From positions 1 through 31,776 of the forward strand of contig JBGQDI010000001.1 in NCBI GenBank assembly GCA_041495765.1: a stretch of 31,776 bases of DNA, read 5' to 3'. A model generated the notes under the pieces. The model saw only the letters and a list, made by a program, of their open reading frames with translations. It was not told the origin of the DNA and ran no database searches. Shown piece after piece: positions 17,415-26,762 of this stretch (its first letter is position 1; each line of letters begins with the position of its first letter). A program made the position numbers and the translations under genes. The DNA is from Nitrospirota bacterium. GTDB lineage: Bacteria > Nitrospirota > UBA9217.

Positions 17415-18854
17415 ATGAAAATGACCGACCTCTCCCCACTAGTGCTTTCCCCAGCCACGCCCTCGCATCAGAATAAGATGAAGGTTCTGCTTGTTGATGA
17501 TGAGGTCCTGATCAGATACTCATTACAGCGTCTGATCGAGCGGGAAGGTTTTAGCATCACAACCGCCGGTTCGGGACTTGAGGCGCTGCGGCAATTCGAT
17601 CAGGAAAAGCCCGATATCGTAATTCTTGATATCCGCCTTCCCGACACCAGCGGTTTGACTCTTCTGAAAACGATAAAAGAAATAAGCCCGTCGGTGACCG
17701 TTGTCATGGTAACTGCGTGCCCCGATATCCAAAGCAGCGTTGAAGCGATGAAAATGGGTGCCTATGACTATCTTGATAAGCCCATCGATCTCGAAAAGCT
17801 GTTGAATATCCTGCATACGCTGAAGCAGGAACGGCCCCAGGACAAGACCGTACAACTGCCGGGCAGCGTCGCGTTCCAAAGTGATGCCATGAACGAGGTG
17901 TTCAGGATCACCGAGCGGCTTGCAAATAAATCGGATGTAACGGTCCTGGTGCTGGGCGAAAGCGGAACGGGAAAGAGCTTCCTTTGCAAAGCGGTCCATG
18001 AACTAAGCCCGCGCAAGGGGAAGCCTTTTGTGGAGATCGGGTGCTCAACCATTCCCGATCATCTCATCGAGAGCGAGCTCTTCGGCTATGAAAAGGGCTC
18101 ATTTACCGACGCAAAGATGTCCAAAAAAGGACTCATCGAGACCGCCGAAGGAGGCACCCTTTTCCTTGATGAGATCGGGGATATGCCCTCGACGATGCAG
18201 TCAAAGCTGCTCAGTCTGATCGAAGAGCGGCGATTCAGGAGGATCGGAGGGCTTCAGCAGCTGAGCGCCGATGTCAGGATCCTCGCTGCTACGAACCGGA
18301 ACCTGCACGAACTCGTGCAGGAGGGTAAGTTCCGGCTCGATCTCTACTATCGCCTTCATGTGGTCACTATCGAAATGCCGCCACTCCGCGCCCGGAGGGA
18401 GGACATTCCCCTGCTGGTCGATCATTTTCTGCACCATTTCAGCGCGAAGCACGCCTGCCAGACCAACAGCCTGACTGCCGCGGCATTGGAAGCACTGCGG
18501 GAGTATTCCTGGCCCGGTAATTTGAGGGAATTAAAGAACCTTCTTGAAAAACTTGTTGTCATGTCCAAGGGCGACAAGATAGGTATTGACGATCTCCCGC
18601 CCTACATCCTGGCCAGGAAAGAGGTTGTCGCGCCGCCCGCGCCGCCGAAGAGCTCCGCGGCCCTTCCGGAACAGCCTTCAGAGAACGCTAATCGCAACCG
18701 CTTTTCGCTTAAAGTGCTCGAGGAAGAGTCCATTCGGGCGGCCTTAAAGACGGTAAAGGGGAACCAGCGTGAAGCGGCGAAACTGCTCGATATTACGCGG
18801 GACACCCTGCGCTACCGTATGAAAAGGCTGGGCATCAGCTCAATGCAGTATTAG
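17415..18854 (+). CDS. sigma54-dependent two-component response regulator (NtrC/AtoC family enhancer-binding protein)
   Basis: Receiver (VLLVDDE, LDIRLPD), AAA+ (GESGTGKS, GSFTDA, LFLDEIG, WPGNLREL) and Fis-type HTH (GNQREAAKLLDITRDTLRYR). Confidence 0.95.
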   Translation: MKMTDLSPLVLSPATPSHQNKMKVLLVDDEVLIRYSLQRLIEREGFSITTAGSGLEALRQFDQEKPDIVILDIRLPDTSGLTLLKTIKEISPSVTVVMVTACPDIQSSVEAMKMGAYDYLDKPIDLEKLLNILHTLKQERPQDKTVQLPGSVAFQSDAMNEVFRITERLANKSDVTVLVLGESGTGKSFLCKAVHELSPRKGKPFVEIGCSTIPDHLIESELFGYEKGSFTDAKMSKKGLIETAEGGTLFLDEIGDMPSTMQSKLLSLIEERRFRRIGGLQQLSADVRILAATNRNLHELVQEGKFRLDLYYRLHVVTIEMPPLRARREDIPLLVDHFLHHFSAKHACQTNSLTAAALEALREYSWPGNLRELKNLLEKLVVMSKGDKIGIDDLPPYILARKEVVAPPAPPKSSAALPEQPSENANRNRFSLKVLEEESIRAALKTVKGNQREAAKLLDITRDTLRYRMKRLGISSMQY

Positions 18855-18860
18855 ATCTAC

Positions 18861-19016
18861 CTATTCGTATTTCCCACTCGCCCAAAGACCTCCCTCTTCC
18901 CTTGCAGCGAATGCACCTTGCACTGCTTGCTCTCCGGAGGTTTCCCGGGACCTCGCAGAAGCCTTGATGATCGTCTCGCCCCGATGCTCCACCCTGGTCC
19001 GCAAAGGTTTCCCCAT
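18861..19016 (-). CDS. Possible small protein, 51 aa
   Basis: GGAGG RBS before ATG 19016; fills the gap between the cytochrome operon and the convergent regulator; no recognised homology. Confidence 0.3.
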   Translation of the reverse strand: MGKPLRTRVEHRGETIIKASARSRETSGEQAVQGAFAAREEGGLWASGKYE

Positions 19017-19106
19017 AATTCCTCCGGGCACCTCTGGTCCGTCAGTTCGGATGCAAATTGATCGTAGTGCGGAAATTGGGTCTAACAGCACCGTAATTTC
19101 TCCTGC

Positions 19107-20909
19107 TTAATAAGAATGCGTAGCGGCGTTATGCGTCACGCCGTGGCAGATCAGCGTACAGCTTCCGGCCCGTGACCCCGTGTCCGTAAAAAATGGATAC
19201 GTGTTGCCGGCTACGGGAGTGACGTAGCGCGTATCGAAATTGATCAGGTTGGTATGGGCGCCCGTCAACCCGTCGTCCGGGATCCCGTGCGGATCATGGC
19301 AGAGAGAACAGGGGGCATTGACCGTCCCCGTAATGTGGCCGCTGTGACCGCCCTTTCCGGCAAGGTTTTTCTTGAAGCTCATATCGCTCAGGATGCTGGT
19401 CCTGTTATGGCACCAATAACAGAGCTCATAGGTCGAAGGGCTTTCCATGATGTTGTCCCCGGTCTGGTACTGTTGCCTGATGAGCGGGCTGTACTGGGAA
19501 CCATGGGGGCCGCGGGGGCCCGATCCTCCGATCGCCTTGCTGTTGTCGGCGTCATGACAATCGGTGCAGGAGACCCTGCTTGACGTCGTCAAGGCGGGGG
19601 TGTTCGTTGAGGGGATGCTTGGCACGTCAAAATTCTTTCCCACGCCGGCCACGGGATGGTAGGAGGGGTTGATGGTCTGGAAAGCGACGCGGGTATTGAC
19701 GCTTTTCGCAACGCGCGGAATGGGCAGGAAGGTGGATTGCGCGGTCGAACTGGCGTGGCATTTGAAACAGATCTCGTATTCATAACTTGCATAATTGGGA
19801 GGCGTGATCCCGGCCCCGTTGATGTCAACGCCGCTCACCCCCTGCAGGCTGCCGCTTACCGCGGGCGTGGGCGCCGGTTGCCCGTTCGCGACATGGGGAT
19901 CATGGCAGTCGACGCATTCCACGTGTCCCGAGACCATAAGGGGAGATTCCTTCGCTTCATGATGGTTCGCCGTTACCCCGATGGTCGTGGCCTCCACCTG
20001 ATGGCGCGAGGATTTCTGGAACTCGGCCTGCACGTTCAGTGCAGCAACATTCCCGTTGTGGCAGGGATAGCAGTTGTTCTCTTCCTCAAGGTAATTAAGC
20101 AGCCGCTTTGGCCCTCCCGCGTTATGGGGAGCATGGCAGTTCTCGCATCCGTTCTGCTGAACGGTCGTCCGCCAGAAATCCGTGTTCACACCGGTCCGGG
20201 GCCAGGGGTTGGGCAGGGTGAGGTTCCAGGTGCTCTGCGAAGTTTTGTGCGGCGTATTGTCCCATCCTCGCATCACATGACACGATACGCACAGCTCCGA
20301 ACCGGTATTGTTCATGGCCAGGAACATCTTGTTGGAATTGTCATGAGGATCATGACAGGTCGTGCATTGCATGATCCCGTTCCCGTAGAACAGCAGGCCC
20401 GGCGGCGGTGAGGGCGAAAGCTCAGCGTTGGGGAGCGCATCATAATAGGAAAAAGAGACCGGATGGTGGGATGCGAGCGAGGTCCCGAAATAGGAAGGGC
20501 TTGTGGCGGGCATTCCTCCGGCAACGGTCATGGCGATCCGGTTCGACGGCTGCAGGGTCTGGCCCAGTGCGATCGTACCGTCATGGCAGCTCAGGCAGAG
20601 CCTGGTCGAGCCGGTCGGCCCTGCTGCTGACGCGGGGCTGCGCATGGTCTCGCTGGTATACGGCGTATACAGGGAATAGTTGATGCCCTCAATGTTCTTG
20701 TTCCAGAGGGGGGTCTGCGGGTTCGCATTATGCGGAGCATGACAGAATACGCAGATCCTGTCCTCGGTCAATGCCTTGATCGTTCCGGGTCCGGTCCTCG
20801 ACAGGTTATGCTTGGTATAGACAATGCTCATCTTTGCCTCGGTCCCGGAAACCCAAAGAACCGTTGCAACGGAGAGCAGGAGTGCCATGATCCGCGCGGG
20901 ACTGTTCAT
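19107..20909 (-). CDS. Multiheme cytochrome c, about 12 hemes, with N-terminal OmcE-like tetraheme module
   Basis: Signal peptide; 11 CXXCH plus CTLICH (CX3CH); N-terminus KHNLS..ICVFCHAPH..PLWN..LCLSCHDG..HHPV..CTTCHDPH..LCVSCH; ATGA overlap with the upstream NHL gene. Confidence 0.92.
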   Translation of the reverse strand: MNSPARIMALLLSVATVLWVSGTEAKMSIVYTKHNLSRTGPGTIKALTEDRICVFCHAPHNANPQTPLWNKNIEGINYSLYTPYTSETMRSPASAAGPTGSTRLCLSCHDGTIALGQTLQPSNRIAMTVAGGMPATSPSYFGTSLASHHPVSFSYYDALPNAELSPSPPPGLLFYGNGIMQCTTCHDPHDNSNKMFLAMNNTGSELCVSCHVMRGWDNTPHKTSQSTWNLTLPNPWPRTGVNTDFWRTTVQQNGCENCHAPHNAGGPKRLLNYLEEENNCYPCHNGNVAALNVQAEFQKSSRHQVEATTIGVTANHHEAKESPLMVSGHVECVDCHDPHVANGQPAPTPAVSGSLQGVSGVDINGAGITPPNYASYEYEICFKCHASSTAQSTFLPIPRVAKSVNTRVAFQTINPSYHPVAGVGKNFDVPSIPSTNTPALTTSSRVSCTDCHDADNSKAIGGSGPRGPHGSQYSPLIRQQYQTGDNIMESPSTYELCYWCHNRTSILSDMSFKKNLAGKGGHSGHITGTVNAPCSLCHDPHGIPDDGLTGAHTNLINFDTRYVTPVAGNTYPFFTDTGSRAGSCTLICHGVTHNAATHSY

Positions 20910-21961
20910 TTTTCGCCTCGTAACAGCTGAAAAATTTGGACACGTTGATTGTACGTATCACAGACATAGAGCCGCTCCCTGCGGTCCAGGAACAGACCTG
21001 ACGGCATCGAGAACTCGCCGGCGCCATACCCCCGTCCGCCTATCGTGAAAAGAAATGCGCCGGAGCGATCGAAGAGCTGGATGTTGTCGAACAGGGTATC
21101 AACGACGTAAATAACGCTTTGCCCGTCCACCACGAGGCCCTTGGGCATGGCGAAATCGCCGGACCCGTTCCCATGATGCCCGAAAGAGAACAAAAAGGCT
21201 CCCCCGGTACTGAAGACCTGGACGCGGAAGTTCATGGAGTCGATGACATAGAGGTTCCCGTCGGCTGCGGCAACGATATGGGTCGGGTAATTCAGCTGGC
21301 CCTTGTCACTTCCCGGTTCTCCGAAGGAAGAGAGAAATTCGCCTTGTGTCGTAAACGCATGCACCCGGTTCGCCACGGTGTCGACTGCATACAGGGCCTT
21401 TGTCCGCGGCGAAAATGCGAGGCCTGTGGGTCTCTGCAAGGGCTCGTTGCCCGCATTTTTGAGCGTGAAGAGGTACTCACCGGCCGGCCCGAACACATAG
21501 ATCGCGTGATTGGTAGAATCGGACACGTACAGCCTTGAGGCATCGTCGAAGGCAACGCCGACCGGGGTCAACAGGGTATCCTTTCCCGCCTGTGAGATCT
21601 TCACGTACCTATACTCGGACGGAATATACAAATGGACGCAGGGACCGCCCGTATCTGCTATGGCGATCCGGTCGTCATTGCCGACCGCCGTGGCGACCGG
21701 ACGGATGATGGCATTGTCTTCCGGTCGTCTGCCGAAGACGAGATACCTGAGGAGGTTCGACGTCGAGGTCCCTGTCTCTTTGAACCCTCTGATGGATTCG
21801 ACATATGCTGCACGGGACCGGTCGGAGTCGTCGCGCCACTGGGGCGCTGCATTCCCGGCCTCGAGGTACAGCGACCATTTCGACGCGCATCCGGCGCAGA
21901 GGATGGAGACGGCAGATAGGCCAGCAATAAGACAGGCGAACTTTTTAAGCATGCTAAGCAT
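20906..21961 (-). CDS. NHL-repeat six-bladed beta-propeller lipoprotein
   Basis: Lipobox CAGC; repeated P.G(V/L)A.D....YV.D..N.R(V/I)Q.F units. Confidence 0.9.
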   Translation of the reverse strand: MLSMLKKFACLIAGLSAVSILCAGCASKWSLYLEAGNAAPQWRDDSDRSRAAYVESIRGFKETGTSTSNLLRYLVFGRRPEDNAIIRPVATAVGNDDRIAIADTGGPCVHLYIPSEYRYVKISQAGKDTLLTPVGVAFDDASRLYVSDSTNHAIYVFGPAGEYLFTLKNAGNEPLQRPTGLAFSPRTKALYAVDTVANRVHAFTTQGEFLSSFGEPGSDKGQLNYPTHIVAAADGNLYVIDSMNFRVQVFSTGGAFLFSFGHHGNGSGDFAMPKGLVVDGQSVIYVVDTLFDNIQLFDRSGAFLFTIGGRGYGAGEFSMPSGLFLDRRERLYVCDTYNQRVQIFQLLRGEK

Positions 21962-21967
21962 GGTTAC

Positions 21968-22966
21968 TTATTGTGCCTTTTCCTGTCCGTCCAAGATCTC
22001 TATTCTTGCGTTCTGCTTCAGTTGCAGCTCCCATTCCGCTCGCCGTGTTTTCAGCGCAACAGCCCGAAGCCTGTTCTCAATGGCCGTGCTCACTTCCTGA
22101 TAGGCCTTCGGCTTTTCGGGGACATAATCGGTCAGTTTGATGATGTGGATGCTGTCGCGGGTCCTGATCACGCCGGAGAGCTCACCTACCTTGAGCTTCC
22201 GGGCAGCGTCATAGAGCAGGGGCTCCCGTTTCTTCTCCAGTTCATAGTTTTGAACAAGAAAGGTCCCGTCGGAGCGAAGGTTCGCCGGGTCTTTATCCTT
22301 GTCCTCCAGTATTCGAGCGAGGACCGCATTCGCCCGCTCAATCGATGCGGGATCGTCAAGCCCCAGAAAGAACGTTATGTCCGTTATGGTGATCTTTTCG
22401 GGATCCGTAAATTGGTCCTTGGTCCGTTCATACTCTTTTTTCCGTTCATCCTCGGGGATGACGATCTTCGCAACGGTTTCCGTAAAAAAGGCCTGCTGGA
22501 TGAGGAGATTGCGCTCGACGCGGGCGCGGAGGTCCGCATCGGTCAGGTGCTCTTTTTCCAGGAACTTCCCATACTCTTCTGCACTGCCTGCTTCCATCCT
22601 GAGCTTTTCCATTGCCTTGTCGAGGATGCCTGCTCTCAGGGTCAACCCCGTGCGCTTCGCCTCCTGGTACGCCAGCTCCTGGACGATCAGCAGGTCCATT
22701 GCCCGCTTTCTGGTCGCTGCCTCGGGTTCTGAAATCTTTTTGTTCGCGTTCGCCGTGCTGATCCGGTTCATCATTTCGATGAGCGCAAGCCTGGTGATAT
22801 TCGTTTCGTTGATCCGGGCAATAACAATGTTCTCATCACGGGGCGTCGCGGAAAGCGGTGCGGCCGGGACCGATGCGGCCGTCCGGTGGGTGACGCATGC
22901 GGCTGTGCTGACCGAGACAGCAAGGGTCAGAAGAACGAAGACGGAGCGGTGGTACAGTGGCTTCAT
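21968..22966 (-). CDS. SurA-N/parvulin-type peptidyl-prolyl isomerase/chaperone lipoprotein
   Basis: Lipobox TAAC; VIARINETNIT, L.....L.YQEAKR.GL, GELSGVIRT...IHIIKL. Confidence 0.85.
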   Translation of the reverse strand: MKPLYHRSVFVLLTLAVSVSTAACVTHRTAASVPAAPLSATPRDENIVIARINETNITRLALIEMMNRISTANANKKISEPEAATRKRAMDLLIVQELAYQEAKRTGLTLRAGILDKAMEKLRMEAGSAEEYGKFLEKEHLTDADLRARVERNLLIQQAFFTETVAKIVIPEDERKKEYERTKDQFTDPEKITITDITFFLGLDDPASIERANAVLARILEDKDKDPANLRSDGTFLVQNYELEKKREPLLYDAARKLKVGELSGVIRTRDSIHIIKLTDYVPEKPKAYQEVSTAIENRLRAVALKTRRAEWELQLKQNARIEILDGQEKAQ

Positions 22967-23018
22967 GATAGGTTACCTCACGGGAATAAGCGTTTAACGG
23001 TGCTGTCGTGTCTTAATT

Positions 23019-24017
23019 CTATTTATGCTGCGTCGGAGCGGTCAGGATCTCGATCCTTGCGTCCTTTTTCAGCTCCTGCTCCCACGCCTGCCGGCGTTTG
23101 ATGAGCGCAGCCGTCCTGAGCTTGCCGGTCAACACACCTTTCGCTTCTTCGTAGGTCATTGTCCTCGCGGGAGTGTACCCGGTCAGCTTCAGAATGTGTA
23201 CTGCCTCTTTGCCGGCAATGGTGCCCGAAAGTTCGCCGATCTTGAGTGTTCGGGCGGCCTCGTACAACACCGGGTCCTTTGCCTTTTCCATGACGACCAG
23301 ATGAACGCCGAATGTGGCATCACTGACCAGATGTGCCGGGTCCCGATCCTTGTCGGCGCTCAATGCCGATAGAAGTCCCTGGGCCCTCTTCATCGCCTCC
23401 TCCTTGCTCAGCTCAAAGGGAACGGCAATATCCACGACAGACACTTTCTCAGGGACCACATATTCGCCTTTGGTGCGGTCGTATTCGTTTCGCATCTCGT
23501 CATCGGTCACGTTGGCTTTTTTGATGACCTCATCCGTCAGCATCTGCTGGACGAGCTGGCTTCGCTCGACCTGGGCGCGAAATTCCACCGCAGTGATATG
23601 GTTCTTCGCCAAATACTCCCGATAGCCCTCTTCGTGGCCCAATTTGCTGATGAACTGCTCCATGGTCCTGTCAATGAGGGAGTCTTCCACGCGCATTCCC
23701 CGACGCGCTGCTTCCTGGAGTGCCAGCTCTTGAAGGATCAGGATGTCCAACACCCTGCTCCTGACGGCTTCTCCCGATTGTGTGCCGGAGCCCTGTCGAT
23801 CTACGGCATTGAGACGGCTCATCATGTCGAGAAGGGTATAGTTCGTAATCTCCGTTCCATTGACCTTTGCCACGACGATTGCTTTGTCCTCCTCCGTTAA
23901 TTCAATGGGGCGCATGGCGGCCGCCGGCTCCGGACCAGGATGTTTCGCGCATGATGCGCCGAGAAGGGTCGCGCCAAGCATGATCAGCATTGAAGCAGTA
24001 CGTACAGCGGATCTCAT
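23019..24017 (-). CDS. SurA-N/parvulin-type peptidyl-prolyl isomerase/chaperone lipoprotein (paralog)
   Basis: Lipobox GASC; VVAKVNGTEIT, LQELALQEA, GELSG.I....VHILKL; co-linear with 21968-22966. Confidence 0.85.
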   Translation of the reverse strand: MRSAVRTASMLIMLGATLLGASCAKHPGPEPAAAMRPIELTEEDKAIVVAKVNGTEITNYTLLDMMSRLNAVDRQGSGTQSGEAVRSRVLDILILQELALQEAARRGMRVEDSLIDRTMEQFISKLGHEEGYREYLAKNHITAVEFRAQVERSQLVQQMLTDEVIKKANVTDDEMRNEYDRTKGEYVVPEKVSVVDIAVPFELSKEEAMKRAQGLLSALSADKDRDPAHLVSDATFGVHLVVMEKAKDPVLYEAARTLKIGELSGTIAGKEAVHILKLTGYTPARTMTYEEAKGVLTGKLRTAALIKRRQAWEQELKKDARIEILTAPTQHK

Positions 24018-24056
24018 AAGGTTCCTCCAGGATAGTTGCGATCTGCGGGGCTGTCT

Positions 24057-26105
24057 TTAGAACAGCGACCTGCGCAGCGTCATATAGTAATATTGGGACA
24101 GCAGTGCATTGGTCTCTGTTCCGTTCTTGACATTTGATCCGCCCTTTGACGCTGAACGGCTTATTTGCATGCCGGTGTCCAGAAAAATGAGGCCGATCCT
24201 CCAGGTGAGAAAGGAGTTCAGCGCGAGCATTTCCGAGTCCACGAGCGATCTCGTGATCGCATAGGAGCCCGTAGCGAAAAAATTCAGTTTTTGAGCGGGG
24301 AACTTCATGTCCATTCTTACGTTCACGCCGAAGACCTTTTGCAGGTATGCCGAGCCGATGGGCACCGAAGCAGAGGGGAAAAATTCCGTGCGTAAATAGG
24401 AGATGTCCGCAAAGACATTGGTCCTGTCGGAAATGGGGGACAGGTACTGCGCCATTCCCTTCCAGGATTCGTAGGGGTTCGTTGAGGAGCGAAAGGTCAG
24501 GCGTTCCAGCATCCCGGAATACTGGTCGATGCGGCAGCTTAATCCGATGGTCTCGGACTCGGTCTTGTCCGCTCCGCCCGCGTAGGGTCCCGAAGGCATT
24601 TGCTGGTTCGAAGCAAAGTAGCTGTAATAAGCGCTCAGCAGATTGTGCAGAAAATCGACCCGGATCGAATATCCCTGCGATGTTGCATTGACCCGTGACT
24701 GCTGCGACAGGGAATAGTTGATATGGAACTCATAGACCGCCAAAGGATCGGGCAATGGCGTCATCGGGAACACGCTTACTACCGTGATCAGGACGCTGTT
24801 CCCCGAGTGGGCGATCGAATAGTCGGTCGGCGGCAATGTTATCAATACTCCGGTAAGCGGGTCTTTTACCTTGACGACGATGGTGCTATCGAGGACGTGC
24901 TGCTGGGCCAGGGGAAACTGCACGGTCAGCGCAAAACGCTGCACCTCGTCGAGAATGGAAGGCGTACCCAGACGCTCTGTACTCATTTCGCCGAACGATA
25001 CCGCAGCGGTGAGAAGGCCGGTGGGAATGATCTTCGTGTACGTGCTCCCCAGCGTCTCAGAACTGGTCGTGATCTCGCCCGAGACGGACCTGGCCGAGAG
25101 GTCGTTGACGGAAAGATTCGTTACCAGGCTCTGGTAAAGACGGTGGGTAAGGTTGAACGCGGTGCTCGAAGAGCGGTTGAATTCCTCATGTGCCGGGTTC
25201 GTACCATCGGCCGCTGTGCGGTCGTTCTCGTCCTGGTATGCGAACGACGCTGCGCCAAGAAGGTTCCCGGGGAGGGGGGCGGTCAATTGTTCCGTCCACA
25301 TGAGCGTATGGGTCTCAAGCCCCGGGGCAAGGAACCTGGTCTGAGCAGTGTCGGTGTTGTTAATGCGGCTGTCAAAAGCGATGTCGGCGTATCTGAACGC
25401 ATTGCTATACCCATATTGCAGGTGGGAGGAGTGGACCCCTGAGGACGATGACGATTCGCTGTGCGAATAATTGGCCAGGTTCGCCATCAGCGGCGTTACA
25501 TAACCGGCCTGCGCGTGGTAGGATCTTGAGTCGACCTGGTTGTCCACGGATTGCGTCTTGTTCTCGGAGTAGCCCGAGCTGAAGCTGAAGGGTCGCCCCC
25601 GGTAGGTGAAAGCGGCCCCTTTTTCGTCCAGGGTGGACGCCTGTCCCTGCATGAAGGTCATTGCGCGATTGGAGAACTCGGTGTGCTGCACGAAGAGATC
25701 GAGCGTGTAGGGGTGTTCTGGCAGGAGTGTTGTCCTTAGTTCATAGTCCATGGCGGACCCGGAACGCGAACCATTGCCCGGCCCTCCCACTTCCCGTTCC
25801 TGATTGAGCCCTTCCGAGAGGCCGGCTTTGAAGATCGCGAACCTCGGATGATACACAAAGCCATCGGCGCTCAGGTTGATCTTTTCGCTGAAGATCCTGT
25901 CGGAGGCATTCGTCACCTGGATGCCCTGCCGGTTCTCTGTTGTTTGCGACATCATAACGAGATCAAGATCTCCGTGAAATGATTCGAACGTGGGGACAAA
26001 AGTCAGTTCCTGGCCGAACAACGTCGCCGGCAGATTCAAGGCAAAAAAAAACAGAACAGTGCGGGTCATACCGTTGAGATGGGTCAGTCGCCTGGACACT
26101 AGCAT
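24057..26105 (-). CDS. Putative outer-membrane beta-barrel protein with internal insertion domain
   Basis: Signal peptide; S/T/Y/F-rich alternating strands; C-terminal YYYMTLRRSLF (terminal Phe, BAM-type); GGAG RBS. Confidence 0.72.
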   Translation of the reverse strand: MLVSRRLTHLNGMTRTVLFFFALNLPATLFGQELTFVPTFESFHGDLDLVMMSQTTENRQGIQVTNASDRIFSEKINLSADGFVYHPRFAIFKAGLSEGLNQEREVGGPGNGSRSGSAMDYELRTTLLPEHPYTLDLFVQHTEFSNRAMTFMQGQASTLDEKGAAFTYRGRPFSFSSGYSENKTQSVDNQVDSRSYHAQAGYVTPLMANLANYSHSESSSSSGVHSSHLQYGYSNAFRYADIAFDSRINNTDTAQTRFLAPGLETHTLMWTEQLTAPLPGNLLGAASFAYQDENDRTAADGTNPAHEEFNRSSSTAFNLTHRLYQSLVTNLSVNDLSARSVSGEITTSSETLGSTYTKIIPTGLLTAAVSFGEMSTERLGTPSILDEVQRFALTVQFPLAQQHVLDSTIVVKVKDPLTGVLITLPPTDYSIAHSGNSVLITVVSVFPMTPLPDPLAVYEFHINYSLSQQSRVNATSQGYSIRVDFLHNLLSAYYSYFASNQQMPSGPYAGGADKTESETIGLSCRIDQYSGMLERLTFRSSTNPYESWKGMAQYLSPISDRTNVFADISYLRTEFFPSASVPIGSAYLQKVFGVNVRMDMKFPAQKLNFFATGSYAITRSLVDSEMLALNSFLTWRIGLIFLDTGMQISRSASKGGSNVKNGTETNALLSQYYYMTLRRSLF

Positions 26106-26231
26106 GGGACTCCCTTACTATGCATCGATACCGCTCGATACCCGCTCGTCACTGTTCTGTCCTGGCTCCGTTCAGGTCAATCTCTCTTGCATGAACGCAA
26201 TGGGTTCTTTGCATGCCGAGGGCCGGGCCGG

Positions 26232-26762
26232 CTATTTCAGCATATAATCATTTTCCGAACTGTGCGGATCATGACAGTCCGTACAGGACAGATCACCCGC
26301 CGCCTTGTGGGTCTCCCGCGAGGAGACCTCGGCCTTGTCATGGCAGTAAAAACAGAACTCGGCAGGTTCCGAAACGAGGAGAAATGCCTTTCCTGAACCA
26401 TGAGGATGGTGGCAGATGCGGCACCCGCCCGTGGCCGCGGGTCCATGGACCTTCCTTTTCCGGAGATCCAGGGTATGACAGTTCAGGCAAAGCTCTTCCA
26501 CCGGCAGAATGAGGTCCCCGCCTCCCTGCCGATGGCATGCCTCGCATAATTTAGCTGCGTAGGGTCCATGATTTCTGACCTGAGGAGCATCGGAAGCCGT
26601 ATGGTTCGTTTCCTTCGTTCGTCGTCCTGGTTCGGCTTTCTTCATTCCGGGAGCAGGAACCCCGTCGAAAAAAAAGTTCAAGGTCTGGTATCGCGTCTCC
26701 GGCGAGCAACCCGGGACCAGCGCAACAATGCTCATCATGAGCAATAACTGCGAGAGCTTCAT
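26232..26762 (-). CDS. Pentaheme cytochrome c lipoprotein
   Basis: Lipobox VPGC; RYQTLNFFFDGVP; CEACH, CLNCH, CRICH, CFYCH, CTDCH. Confidence 0.92.
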   Translation of the reverse strand: MKLSQLLLMMSIVALVPGCSPETRYQTLNFFFDGVPAPGMKKAEPGRRTKETNHTASDAPQVRNHGPYAAKLCEACHRQGGGDLILPVEELCLNCHTLDLRKRKVHGPAATGGCRICHHPHGSGKAFLLVSEPAEFCFYCHDKAEVSSRETHKAAGDLSCTDCHDPHSSENDYMLK

